From a virus, in IMG/VR virus record IMGVR_UViG_3300032397_000002, positions 1,579 through 65,578 of that record: a stretch of 64,000 nt of DNA, one strand, 5' to 3'. The notes under the pieces were generated by a model. That model searched no databases. It was not told where the DNA came from and worked only from the letters and a program-made list of their open reading frames with translations. This document shows, in pieces, positions 1 through 9,233 of the stretch. The position numbers and the translations under genes are program-made. Positions within the stretch are counted from its first letter, which is position 1. Each line of letters begins with the position of its first letter.

Positions 1-232
1 CCCAGGCTGAGGGGCTCTGTCGAATCTTCCAGAACCCGAACGCGCAAGCCGCCGACATGAGGACCTTGACAGCCCCGAAGGCCAGCGGGCCCTTGGTCAA
101 AAAGTAGGCCATGAGTGGGTTTTGCTCTTCCGCCACCTTGATGCTGACCAGAGCCAATGTGGTGAAGAGGTCGAAGGCATTCAGCGCTACGAAGACACTG
201 ATTGCAGAGGAGTAGAGTCTACTGTTTTTCAT
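1..232 (-). CDS. Small membrane protein, DUF5658-like (3' end runs off the window)
   Basis: Manual translation MKNSRLYSSAISVFVALNAFDLFTTLALVSIKVAEEQNPLMAYFL...; D-x-x-TT / E-x-NPLM pattern. Confidence 0.6.
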   Translation of the reverse strand, partial: MKNSRLYSSAISVFVALNAFDLFTTLALVSIKVAEEQNPLMAYFLTKGPLAFGAVKVLMSAACAFGFWKIRQSPSAW

Positions 233-599
233 ATGGCCCGAAGTCATGAATGAAGTGTAGCATGCGCTGGACGCCAATTGGGTTGGCGCTGTGGACAGTC
301 GGTGGATTGGTGGGCCAGTTCCCCGTCTCATGGACCCACTTCAAGAAGTCGAAGCCGCTGGGCTCGTTGACATGGCACGTGCAGCCACAGATGGGGTTCC
401 CGCTGTCGTCCAGGCAGCTCTCTTCGCCCGAGCTGAAGGCGCAGGCGTGGCAGAAGCAAAGACCAAGGTCGTGGTCCAGGCTCATGTGGGTGATTGTATC
501 CTTGTAGAACTGGCACAGTCGCATGGCCTCGCGGATGTTCCTCGCCAGAGTCCAGCTGGCATCTGGTGGATTGCGAAGGTCGTCAAGGTAGAGCTTCAT
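219..599 (-). CDS. Cyclic-phosphate-processing receiver (cREC) domain protein with Cys-rich insert
   Basis: LYLDDLR, SLDHDLG, SGFDF, VHSANPIG motifs. Confidence 0.8.
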   Translation of the reverse strand: MKLYLDDLRNPPDASWTLARNIREAMRLCQFYKDTITHMSLDHDLGLCFCHACAFSSGEESCLDDSGNPICGCTCHVNEPSGFDFLKWVHETGNWPTNPPTVHSANPIGVQRMLHFIHDFGPYEKQ

Positions 600-1759
600 T
601 GGCAGGTTGCCTCCTGAATCAGGGTTGTCAGGGCACTCTGCATTGCCTGGGGCAGGGTTGTCAAGGGCTGAACGTCCAATTGTCCAACGGGACCAAGAGC
701 TTGGAAGTCAGCGAAGAGGTCCGTTGTGGTGAAAACATGCACCCTGAGGTTGGATGCTGCCACAGTGGCAAAGGCGTCGGATGCAGTTGCAGCAGGTGTC
801 GCGTAGCTTTGGGGCTCTTCATCGGTGAACATCACCAGATGTCGATTTGAGCCAGGCCTCCAATTGATGCCAAGTGGGTTCGAGCTGCTCGCGAGCATCT
901 TGACGGCGTCGATAGAGGGCTCCATGCCGCCACCGCCGGCATTCTGCTGCTGGATAGCCTGGTTGAAGCTCGCTGGGTCGGTGAGGTTTAGCACCAGGTG
1001 CACCTTCCCGTCGTAGTAGGGGTCGTGGTCTGGGACGGTGACCAGGGCCCACCGCAGCTCGATACGATTGCCGTAGGTCGCAGCGAAGCCGGCTACAGCA
1101 GCCTTGACAGCACTGATGGTGCCGGACATGGAACCACTATCGTCGATAGCAAATACCACATCTACCAGGCTTGTGGGACTGAGCCCCTCATCCACCTGAC
1201 CGTCGCAGTTGTCGTCTTTGCCATTGCAGGCCTCAGGCTTCGGGGTCACTTCACCGTAGCAGATAGTCTGGCCAAACTGACAGCGCTTGACGCCTGGGCG
1301 ACACTCCCCGAAGGTGGTCGTACCAGCAGGGCCGTCGTAGCAGTACTCGATGGGGAGATTCTCTGGCTCGTCAATCTGGCCATCGCAGTCGTCGTCCTTG
1401 CCGTTGCAGATTTCCGGCACTGGCTGGGGTGCCGTGCAGCCAACCCAGGCCCCCTTAGAACAGGTCTCTGTGCCAGAGCCACAGGCATTGATGCACGTCT
1501 GCGAGAGACGCTCGTCTACAACACCATCACAGTTGTTGTCGAGACCGTCGCAGACCTCCCTGGAAGGTCCGACCTCACCTTCACAGACGGCCGTACTCTG
1601 GTCGTCACCCTCACACTTCCACACACCAGAGCGGCAGGTGCCGATGTCTTGGCCGCCCTTGGACGTGTAGCAAGGAAGCCCACACTTGGAGACCTCCCGA
1701 AGTTGTGTTCCTTCTCGGCAACCGAGCAGAACCAAAAGCAGGAGGATGTATGGACGCAT
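596..1759 (-). CDS. Lipoprotein with MopE-like Cys/Asp repeats and C-terminal VWA domain
   Basis: Lipobox LLGC; three E-x-C-[DN]-G-x-D-[DN]-[DN]-C-D-G-x-[VI]-D-E repeats; MIDAS DDSGSM and FTDE. Confidence 0.85.
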   Translation of the reverse strand: MRPYILLLLVLLGCREGTQLREVSKCGLPCYTSKGGQDIGTCRSGVWKCEGDDQSTAVCEGEVGPSREVCDGLDNNCDGVVDERLSQTCINACGSGTETCSKGAWVGCTAPQPVPEICNGKDDDCDGQIDEPENLPIEYCYDGPAGTTTFGECRPGVKRCQFGQTICYGEVTPKPEACNGKDDNCDGQVDEGLSPTSLVDVVFAIDDSGSMSGTISAVKAAVAGFAATYGNRIELRWALVTVPDHDPYYDGKVHLVLNLTDPASFNQAIQQQNAGGGGMEPSIDAVKMLASSSNPLGINWRPGSNRHLVMFTDEEPQSYATPAATASDAFATVAASNLRVHVFTTTDLFADFQALGPVGQLDVQPLTTLPQAMQSALTTLIQEATCQ

Positions 1760-1771
1760 GGAACTTCCTTA

Positions 1772-2704
1772 TCAGGTTGCGGCAGCCGTTTCAAGTCTTT
1801 TTCGCTGGACCTGCATGAAGAGCTTGGCAGTGGAGCTGCTGATGGCCTTGACGGCCTCCTTGGATTCGACAATCTCACCCTTGGCCTCGCGGGTGACGTC
1901 TTCCACCATCGCGTCGATGACGGCACGGGTGTCCTCGGTCACGGGCTGTCGGCCCAGCTTGGCCTGGAGCTTGTCAAGAACGTGGTCAAGACGATTCAGG
2001 GTCACCCACTCGGTGGCAATGGCGTCCGCCTTGGCGAGCACCTCCTGCTTGTCGGGGGTCACCTGGGTGTCCTTCTTGGAGGCACGCTCACTGAACTCGG
2101 GGCGCTTGTGCTTGGCGATGAGCCGGGCTCCGTTGTTGGTGCGGACCTCGATGGGAGGCCGGAGCACGACCCCCTCAGCAATCTTGGGCTCGGTGATGCC
2201 GTTACGAACGGCCTGACGGCTGGGCAGGTCGCGCTCTGCGTCCAGGCTGGGCAGGTCGGTGCCCACCTTGTTCCAGGCAACGAACTCCAGGCCGAGCTTG
2301 TCAACCATCATGTTGGCAGACTCAACGCTGAGCCAGAGGCCCCTGTCCTCTTCATCCCCGCCCGTCTTGACATCGAAGGCAATGAACTTGAGCTTGGGGC
2401 CGTAGGTGTCCTTCATTCCTTGCTGCTTGCCGCCGTAGGCCTCGCCGAAGACAATCATCTTCTCCGGGCCAGCCTCAATGAAGCGACGTTTCAGGTCCTC
2501 CTGGTCGAAGAGGGCCACGAAGTTGTCGTACTTCTCCCCACCAGAGAAGAACCCCACCTCAGCGGTGACCGTTCCGTCCTCAGCGGTGTGGCGTTTGAAG
2601 CTGACATGGGCACTGGTGCCGTGAATCTTCTCCAGGGCGTAGACCTCCTTGAAGAGCAGGAGGGTTTGGTTGCGATAAAGGTTTTCAATGTGCATGTATC
2701 CCAT
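1772..2704 (-). CDS. RNA ligase, Rnl2-like
   Basis: Nucleotidyltransferase motifs EKIHGT, FGEAYGG, FIAFD, EGVVLRP, AKHK. Confidence 0.85.
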   Translation of the reverse strand: MGYMHIENLYRNQTLLLFKEVYALEKIHGTSAHVSFKRHTAEDGTVTAEVGFFSGGEKYDNFVALFDQEDLKRRFIEAGPEKMIVFGEAYGGKQQGMKDTYGPKLKFIAFDVKTGGDEEDRGLWLSVESANMMVDKLGLEFVAWNKVGTDLPSLDAERDLPSRQAVRNGITEPKIAEGVVLRPPIEVRTNNGARLIAKHKRPEFSERASKKDTQVTPDKQEVLAKADAIATEWVTLNRLDHVLDKLQAKLGRQPVTEDTRAVIDAMVEDVTREAKGEIVESKEAVKAISSSTAKLFMQVQRKRLETAAAT

Positions 2705-2706
2705 GG

Positions 2707-3126
2707 TCAGGCCTCCGCTTTGAAGTTGAACTTGTTGTTGTACGTCTCGTCCAGCTCTTTCTCGACGTCGTCAAGGGTGTCCTTGATCTGCTCCTCGGCC
2801 AGGCCCTTGGCCTTCATTTCCTTGCGGATAGCCTTGAGGGAGTCCTTCTTGAGCTTCTCGTAGGCAGCCAAACGGTCGGCCTTCATCTTGAGCACTTCGG
2901 GCGACTCCAGAACGGCGTCTGCGGTCTTGGTCAGGGTCTCACCGAAGACGGCGAGGTCTTCGCCACCGGCGGTCGATTCCTCAAGGTCCTCAGCTGCCTT
3001 CTGGCAGGTGGGGCAGAAGTCTGCCTCCATGTCGTCTTTGGACCAGCCCTCGTTCTCCTCACATCCCAGGAGAACTGTAGCTTCGCATCCGACCCCGTCG
3101 CATTTGATGTAGGTAACTTCGCTCAT
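2707..3126 (-). CDS. Hypothetical protein with N-terminal Zn finger
   Basis: CDGVGC...CPTC; start placed at MSEVTY. Confidence 0.6.
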   Translation of the reverse strand: MSEVTYIKCDGVGCEATVLLGCEENEGWSKDDMEADFCPTCQKAAEDLEESTAGGEDLAVFGETLTKTADAVLESPEVLKMKADRLAAYEKLKKDSLKAIRKEMKAKGLAEEQIKDTLDDVEKELDETYNNKFNFKAEA

Positions 3127-3449
3127 TTTTGCACCTTTCTGTGTCCGCAGTCCTTGCAGACGGTCAACACTCCAGTGGGGAGCTGTACACGCCCCACATT
3201 GCCAGATGTGCAAGCCTCACATCCACCCGCCTGGAGACCAGGACCTTCGGGCGCCAGCTCTTGTGGTTCATCGGCCACCATCTGTTGAATGGTCATGTGA
3301 GATTCTACCATCTTGCCCATCTGCTTTCTGATCTTCGAAAGCTGCCTCTTCAAAGACCTGTTTTCCTGCTTGAGTGTTCGATTTTCCTTCAGTGGTGAGG
3401 TGGTGTCTCTTTGTGCCTTGTGCTGGGTAAGCCGACTGCCCTTAGCCAT
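3123..3449 (-). CDS. Hypothetical coiled-coil/Zn-ribbon protein
   Basis: CEAC...CKDCG; tightly packed with neighbours. Confidence 0.6.
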   Translation of the reverse strand: MAKGSRLTQHKAQRDTTSPLKENRTLKQENRSLKRQLSKIRKQMGKMVESHMTIQQMVADEPQELAPEGPGLQAGGCEACTSGNVGRVQLPTGVLTVCKDCGHRKVQK

Positions 3450-3457
3450 TGATGACC

Positions 3458-3700
3458 TCATTCGTCTTGGACGGCCTCCATCTCGATTTGCCAGACGTCG
3501 CCGGTGTGCTTCATGGTGAGTTTTTGGAACGGAAGAAAGCCGCAGTTCAGAAGTTCGATGTTGTCAGTCATGGCCCGTAGCAGAGCGACCTGGAGCCTTC
3601 TGGCCTCCTGGGTCCCCATCTCACATGGATCAGACTCAACCCTGACCATGACCCTGCACTGATTGCCACCGATGCTGACCTTCGAAGTCGTCCGCTTCAT
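3458..3700 (-). CDS. Hypothetical protein
   Basis: Fills the operon gap and abuts neighbours. Confidence 0.55.
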   Translation of the reverse strand: MKRTTSKVSIGGNQCRVMVRVESDPCEMGTQEARRLQVALLRAMTDNIELLNCGFLPFQKLTMKHTGDVWQIEMEAVQDE

Positions 3701-3895
3701 TCAGTCCTCGACGAGTTCATCTTCGAACTCACCCAGGTCCTCGTCGGAGTCTCCGACGTCCTCAACATCAAGCCCTTGGTCTTGAAGCTCGGTGATGAAC
3801 GTGTTCAGGAACTCCTGAACATCCGCTGCCTTGATTTTGGGAAGAAGCTCGGCGAAAACATCCACCCCTACCTGCTTGAACTCTGTTCGCGTCAT
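3701..3895 (-). CDS. Small acidic hypothetical protein
   Basis: GGA-containing SD-like leader; abuts neighbours. Confidence 0.55.
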   Translation of the reverse strand: MTRTEFKQVGVDVFAELLPKIKAADVQEFLNTFITELQDQGLDVEDVGDSDEDLGEFEDELVED

Positions 3896-4527
3896 TTTGT
3901 TTGTTTTCCTTTTGAGTAGATTTCGAAGAGTGATTCGTTGATTGGTCCCTCAACTTCAAGGCCATTCTTCACGATTCGAATCCACCTGTCAAGGGCTTTT
4001 CGACCGACTTCGACGGTGCAGGGGCTGCTGGCTTCGATCTCCACTTCCAGAAAGCGCCTGGTCTTGCCGTCTTCATCGGTAACGTCGTAGAGGGCCAGAA
4101 CAGCAATGTAGCGCGGGTCTCCGACGTTGTCGGCCGTCATCTGCCCGGTGACATGGTAGATGTAGGAGGTCTTCTGGATGTTGAAGACCTCCTTCCCGCC
4201 CAGATAGTCAATCATCGTGTGGACGTCATTGGGGCTGACCTTGCCGCTGAATGGTAGGTTGATTTCCACGCGGTCGGCGATGCTCTTGTCCGACTTGCGC
4301 TGCTTGTAGGTCAACTCCCCACCGGCCATGTCCCCCTCTCGATACCGAAGCTTGGAGCCATTCAGGTCGTAGTAGGTATCCTTCCCACTGACGGCCTTGT
4401 AGGCGTCGATTCGAACGACCTTCGTGTTGATGAACTCGCCACTCTGCCCAGAGATGAAGTCATGGTACTGCTTCAAGCTCACCTTGCTGGCGTCGAACTT
4501 CGCTTCCACTTCACTATGGCGATCCAC
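3892..4527 (-). CDS. CYTH domain protein (triphosphate tunnel metalloenzyme/CyaB-like)
   Basis: EVEAK (ExExK), LRYR, LTYK, RVEIN, FLEVE; GTG start assumed at 4527. Confidence 0.8.
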   Translation of the reverse strand: MDRHSEVEAKFDASKVSLKQYHDFISGQSGEFINTKVVRIDAYKAVSGKDTYYDLNGSKLRYREGDMAGGELTYKQRKSDKSIADRVEINLPFSGKVSPNDVHTMIDYLGGKEVFNIQKTSYIYHVTGQMTADNVGDPRYIAVLALYDVTDEDGKTRRFLEVEIEASSPCTVEVGRKALDRWIRIVKNGLEVEGPINESLFEIYSKGKQTK

Positions 4528-5512
4528 GGTCTGCGTCCTGAATGGCGCTGACAGCTTCCGCCATGGTTTGAGGGAGAACTCCAAGAGATACTCGAATCCA
4601 ATCTGGATGACCACCACAGAACTGGCCACCAACCACCTTCACCTTGGCAATGTCGAGAAGCTTGCGGAAGTGTTCTGGGTCCCTGGGCTTCACCCAAGCG
4701 AACATGCCAGAAAACGTCTCCGGGAAACCCTTCATCTCCGAGAGGTAGGGGGCAAGGCGCATGAACGCAACGTTGGTGCTAATCAACAGTGCTCGCGCCT
4801 CGCTCTGCAGCTGTTTCTTGTCGTGAGTCTCCAGGCTGAAGAGAAACTGGTGGAGGAGCCTCTGACTTGGCAAGGAAACTCCAGAGGTGGTCTTCTCGAC
4901 GTACTCAGCGGCGTACTTGGCCAGCTCGGGGTCTGGAGTTGCCAGCCATCCAATGCGGTAGCCACTGAGACCAAAGAGTTTGGCCGCGCTCCAGACGCTC
5001 ATCTTGTGCCAGGGTACCTGGTAGTCCCACCCGTAGATGGGGCTTGCGTAGGCGGCGTCCCAGATGTCCCATTGGCGAGTGCCGTACAACATCGAGCCAT
5101 CAGGGTTGTTGGGGGCGGTCAGTACACGTGCCGTGTAGCCACCGTGTCCGCCATCGAGATCAGATTCGAAGAACTCCAACCGTGACATCTCTGCCATGGT
5201 CGGATAGGTAGGCCAGTACGGCGCCTGGGTGGTGAGGTACTCCACGTTGAAGTGCTTCCGCAGTGCGTAGGCACACGCCTGAATGGCCTGTTTGGCTCCG
5301 TTGGTGACGACCACGTGCTGGCCATTCATCCTGAGTTTGAGTATTGCCAGCAGTTCCGCCTCTCCATTCATAGGCGGGTAACGGACATGCCCCCAGAACT
5401 CCTTGGGGTACACGTGGCCGTAGACCTGCTGCAGGAAGAACGGCTCCCCAACGGCCAGATTGTAACCACCTGGGACGGTGTCACGCACCAGCTGCATATC
5501 GGCGGCGCTCAA
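4514..5512 (-). CDS. PLP-dependent aminotransferase class I/II
   Basis: VTNGAKQA, PNNPDG, DAAY, SAAKLFGLSGYRIGW. Confidence 0.9.
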   Translation of the reverse strand: MSAADMQLVRDTVPGGYNLAVGEPFFLQQVYGHVYPKEFWGHVRYPPMNGEAELLAILKLRMNGQHVVVTNGAKQAIQACAYALRKHFNVEYLTTQAPYWPTYPTMAEMSRLEFFESDLDGGHGGYTARVLTAPNNPDGSMLYGTRQWDIWDAAYASPIYGWDYQVPWHKMSVWSAAKLFGLSGYRIGWLATPDPELAKYAAEYVEKTTSGVSLPSQRLLHQFLFSLETHDKKQLQSEARALLISTNVAFMRLAPYLSEMKGFPETFSGMFAWVKPRDPEHFRKLLDIAKVKVVGGQFCGGHPDWIRVSLGVLPQTMAEAVSAIQDADRGSP

Positions 5513-6138
5513 AACTCAAACCCCACCTTCAGGCCGCCCATGCCCTGACCAGTTGTGGTCCCAGCTCCCCAGATTCCAAGGAAAACCGGTCCAACGATGC
5601 GGCGTTCAACCTCTCCACCTACAACCCAGTTCTGGACGCCGATGGAGGGGCTGAACTGAGGGGTCAGGCCTCCAATGACGCCCACGTGCCACTGGGCCAG
5701 CATGGGGGTAACGATTTTCTCCTTCTCGACAATCTTGTCCACGTACTCGGTACGGATGGTCTCGATTTTCTTCTCGACCTCAACCACCCTCACCTCGACC
5801 TTGGTCTCGGTCTCCTTGGTGTGGGAGTCGATGTTCTTGTCGACCGTGGTCTTCTTGGTGTAAGTGCCATCAGCGAGCTTGGTTTCCAGCACCTCACGAT
5901 GGTACTTCTCAACCACCTGGGTCTCCCGGACCTTCTCCATCTCGATGCGGAGGTTCTCGAAGGCGGTCATCAAGGCCTTCTGCGCCTCAGTGGTGACCTG
6001 CTTCTCCACAATCTTCTCCCTTTCCTCAATCTTCACCACCGCAGGCTTCACACCCCAGCCCACACCGATGCCGACAAGTAGCACCACAAGAAAGGGCCAG
6101 TACTTCTTCAGAAGCTCAAGGATTTTTGCAGGAATCAT
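5509..6138 (-). CDS. Membrane-anchored protein with C-terminal amphipathic beta strands
   Basis: N-terminal TM helix, charged linker, C-terminal strands ending GLKVGFEF. Confidence 0.7.
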   Translation of the reverse strand: MIPAKILELLKKYWPFLVVLLVGIGVGWGVKPAVVKIEEREKIVEKQVTTEAQKALMTAFENLRIEMEKVRETQVVEKYHREVLETKLADGTYTKKTTVDKNIDSHTKETETKVEVRVVEVEKKIETIRTEYVDKIVEKEKIVTPMLAQWHVGVIGGLTPQFSPSIGVQNWVVGGEVERRIVGPVFLGIWGAGTTTGQGMGGLKVGFEF

Positions 6139-6704
6139 TTCAGGTCACTCCATTTTTCAGCCAAGCCGTCTGCCAACCCGGCCTCAAAAGCCTCTTCTGC
6201 GAGGAAGTACCTTTCCATCTTGCACCATTCACGAATCGTTTTCAAGTCCAGCCTGGAACGATCTGCAATGGCCTTGTGGTACCTGGCGTTGTTCTGGGCG
6301 GCCTCACGACCAAGTTGCTCGACCTTGTCGCTGTCAATGCTTCCAGTGGGTTCCAGCCCCACGGTGCCGTTGTGCATCATCAGCTGGGCGCTGGGCGCCA
6401 AGAAGCGCCTCTCGCCAGCCTGGAAAATGAGGGCGGCGATGCTGTAGACACCACCAAACCCGTAGATGTTCACTGGGTTTTTCGTGAGGCGCAAGGAGTC
6501 GAAGATTGCAAAGCCGGCCCCCTCATCCCCTCCAGGGCTGCTGAGAAGGACACGGATGGGGCCTTTGCTTTCATCCAGGAGGCGGATGATTGGAATCAAC
6601 CTGAAGGCTTTCTCGTCGTTGATTTCACCGACGATGTAGACGGTTCTGGTCTTCCAATCGACGCCCAGCTCAAGAATGTCCGTAAGCCTTTCAGTTTGCG
6701 ACAT
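6135..6704 (-). CDS. clpP: ClpP-like protease subunit
   Basis: SPGG, YSIAALIFQAG (catalytic Ser), MMH, ERYFLAEEA. Confidence 0.88.
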   Translation of the reverse strand: MSQTERLTDILELGVDWKTRTVYIVGEINDEKAFRLIPIIRLLDESKGPIRVLLSSPGGDEGAGFAIFDSLRLTKNPVNIYGFGGVYSIAALIFQAGERRFLAPSAQLMMHNGTVGLEPTGSIDSDKVEQLGREAAQNNARYHKAIADRSRLDLKTIREWCKMERYFLAEEAFEAGLADGLAEKWSDLK

Positions 6705-6705
6705 T

Positions 6706-8208
6706 TCAGACTCCGCCAAGGGGCGCGTAGCGTGCAAGGATGTCAGAGGTGACCACCTTGTTCTTCCATGTACTCATGATAGCAGAGCTGACCTCACCGA
6801 CGCTATCGGTCCCCCGGTATGAGAAGGCACCCAGGTCGTTGCTGTGAAGTCTGCACCGGTCGTAGTCGGTGTTGCAAACAATCGCCCACCCCGTCTCGCC
6901 GCCACGAGACTTGCAAATCAAGTAGGTGATTTTGTTCAGCTCTGCGTCCTTGGCATTGCGATTCAGACTGATGACGATGGCAGCTGCGGTCATCGCTCCC
7001 CAGGTCTCCTGGACGTCCTCCATGTGCAAGAGCCGGGTTTCGTTCTTCTGGTTCCCGATGCGGTTGTTGAGTTTGGACCCCTCACGGTTGGTCTGGATGG
7101 CGGTCAGGACGTGGAACTTGTGGTGAAGACCCATCTGAACGAACTGGTTGTAGACCTCTTCCTGGACCTGGCGCGGCTGCATGTTGCCCCTGGCATTGGC
7201 CATGCAGCTCAGCTTGGCGCCGTAGTCGTCCACCAGGAGGTCGAACCCCTTCCCAGTGTTCATCCGGCGTTGGTCTTGCAGAGTCTCTACCGTGGCAGCG
7301 ACCTCTTCCACGGTCAGGCCCGCCTTGTACATGGGCTTGTAGACCAGGAAACGCTGCAGAATCTCCTCGTACCCACGCATCTTTGCGGAAAGAACGGGGT
7401 CCGTGTAGGCCCTGAACATCTCTGGGTGGGTCATGCCGGTGATGCACCTCATGAACTTGCCCTTCAGCTCCTCCGGGGTGCCCTCATGGGCAATGAAGAG
7501 CACCGACTTGCCCTGGAAGATGTTGTGGCAGGCAATGGTCACCATTGCCGACGTCTTGCCGACGTTGGTGGGGGCCAGAAGTACGGTCATGTGGCCTGGC
7601 AGGAGGGAACCTGAAGCTCCATTGGGCTCCAGGAGGCGGTCCATGGCGGTGACCCCGAAAGTCAGGGCGCCGGCGCTGTCCTGCTTCTCCTTCATGAGTT
7701 CTGCGCCATAGCCGTAGAAGCTGACCTGGCCATCCTCCAAGAAGCGAATGTCGTGGTACTCCTTGACCATCTTGTTCATGATGCCGATGCTCTCATCCAG
7801 CTTCTGACTGTTGAAGGCGGCGGCGGCTTTGGGAAGGGCAGATTGAATGGTGCGGGCCTTCAGCCAGATTTCCATCTCCGACAACAGGGGCTCGATGTCG
7901 AAGGTCTGCCTACTGGTGGCCACGTAGCTGATGGTGGTTTGGACCTGAAGGATTTCTGCCGTAGGGAGCTTGGTAATGGGTCTGCTTTCGAGAAGCTCGT
8001 TGATGCTCGGCTTCTTGTTCCAACGGACGTACCACTGCTTGAGGGCGTCGTAGATGCGGCAGAGGATGGCATCGCCGAACCATTCTGGCTCTATCTTCAG
8101 GATGACGGTTGAGAAGAATCTGTCGTCGTACAGGATGTGCCCGAGAACTGCTCGTTGCTTTTCAACACTGAAAGGAAGTAGGTCGGGGTTGACTCTGGCT
8201 TCAGCCAT
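6706..8208 (-). CDS. Replicative DNA helicase, DnaB/gp41-like
   Basis: Walker A APTNVGKTS, LVDDY, TAIQTNR, KSRGG. Confidence 0.9.
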   Translation of the reverse strand: MAEARVNPDLLPFSVEKQRAVLGHILYDDRFFSTVILKIEPEWFGDAILCRIYDALKQWYVRWNKKPSINELLESRPITKLPTAEILQVQTTISYVATSRQTFDIEPLLSEMEIWLKARTIQSALPKAAAAFNSQKLDESIGIMNKMVKEYHDIRFLEDGQVSFYGYGAELMKEKQDSAGALTFGVTAMDRLLEPNGASGSLLPGHMTVLLAPTNVGKTSAMVTIACHNIFQGKSVLFIAHEGTPEELKGKFMRCITGMTHPEMFRAYTDPVLSAKMRGYEEILQRFLVYKPMYKAGLTVEEVAATVETLQDQRRMNTGKGFDLLVDDYGAKLSCMANARGNMQPRQVQEEVYNQFVQMGLHHKFHVLTAIQTNREGSKLNNRIGNQKNETRLLHMEDVQETWGAMTAAAIVISLNRNAKDAELNKITYLICKSRGGETGWAIVCNTDYDRCRLHSNDLGAFSYRGTDSVGEVSSAIMSTWKNKVVTSDILARYAPLGGV

Positions 8209-9219
8209 TTAGGATGCTCCGAAGTGATTCTTGAGGTAGATGACTACGTGTGCCGGATTCAAGACCGGCGCTGAATCGAACAGGACCTTCACGGCCTCAA
8301 GTGGCATTTCCCCAAGGTCCTTGAAGGGAGCCGGTGGCCGAAGGTCGTACAATACCACATCTCGCATTTCTTTTCGGATGCGGTTCACTTCCAGGTAGGC
8401 GTCTGGGTCGAGCCCCAGGTAGAGGCGGTTGATGCCTGCGTTGCGGATCAACTCCAACTGGGCCTTCGATACCGCCTTCCCCAGGGTGGCAACGTTGCCC
8501 CCACACAGGTGAGCCTTGAGGGCGTCGAATGGGCCTTCTCCGAGCACACAGTGCCGGCTACCATTCAGACGGTCAGCGAACATCAATACCAGGTCGCGCT
8601 TCAGGTCGGTGCTGGTGACAGCCTTCAGGGGCTGTATCATCTTCCGCCGGCGCTCATCCCAGTAGGGCTTGTCGTTCTCAACGAGGCGGGTCTGCCAGCC
8701 ATACAGGCCGCCCTGAGACTGTACAGGGAAGACCACCGAAGTCTTGGGCGGGCAGTAGCGCACCCCGTACTCTTTCGCCACAGAGGCTGGAATACCACGA
8801 GCTTCGAGGTACCTGACCCCCTTGGCGCTGAATTCGTGGTCAAGAGGGTAGAAGTCGAGGGGCCACGCAACCTCTTTCAGGGTGGGCTCAAGGTCTACGA
8901 AGTCGTCGCTGTCTTCGTCTTCGAAGTCTGCGACCTCGATGTTGAGGTAGATGGCTGTTGGCTGACCAGCTCCCTCCCCATAGAGGCGCTTGCAGACCTC
9001 TGATACTGGGAGGTTGCAGAGTTCAGCCAGGGCAAACTCGGCACGCCCGTGGAAGCCGTCGATCTCTTTGCAGTACCAACACACAAAGCGACCGTCTGTC
9101 CTGCGGATGTAGAGTTTTTGGCTCTTCCCACAGCGGGGACAGGACATGATGAAGGACTTGCTGTTTGGCTTGAAGCTGACTCCATGCTCTTGCAGCAAGG
9201 CCCTAATCTCGGCTTCCAC
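8209..9219 (-). CDS. DNA primase (Zn finger plus TOPRIM)
   Basis: CPRC...CWYC; EGPFDAL; LGLDPD. Confidence 0.88.
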   Translation of the reverse strand: MEAEIRALLQEHGVSFKPNSKSFIMSCPRCGKSQKLYIRRTDGRFVCWYCKEIDGFHGRAEFALAELCNLPVSEVCKRLYGEGAGQPTAIYLNIEVADFEDEDSDDFVDLEPTLKEVAWPLDFYPLDHEFSAKGVRYLEARGIPASVAKEYGVRYCPPKTSVVFPVQSQGGLYGWQTRLVENDKPYWDERRRKMIQPLKAVTSTDLKRDLVLMFADRLNGSRHCVLGEGPFDALKAHLCGGNVATLGKAVSKAQLELIRNAGINRLYLGLDPDAYLEVNRIRKEMRDVVLYDLRPPAPFKDLGEMPLEAVKVLFDSAPVLNPAHVVIYLKNHFGAS

Positions 9220-9233
9220 GGACGGCTCCCTTC

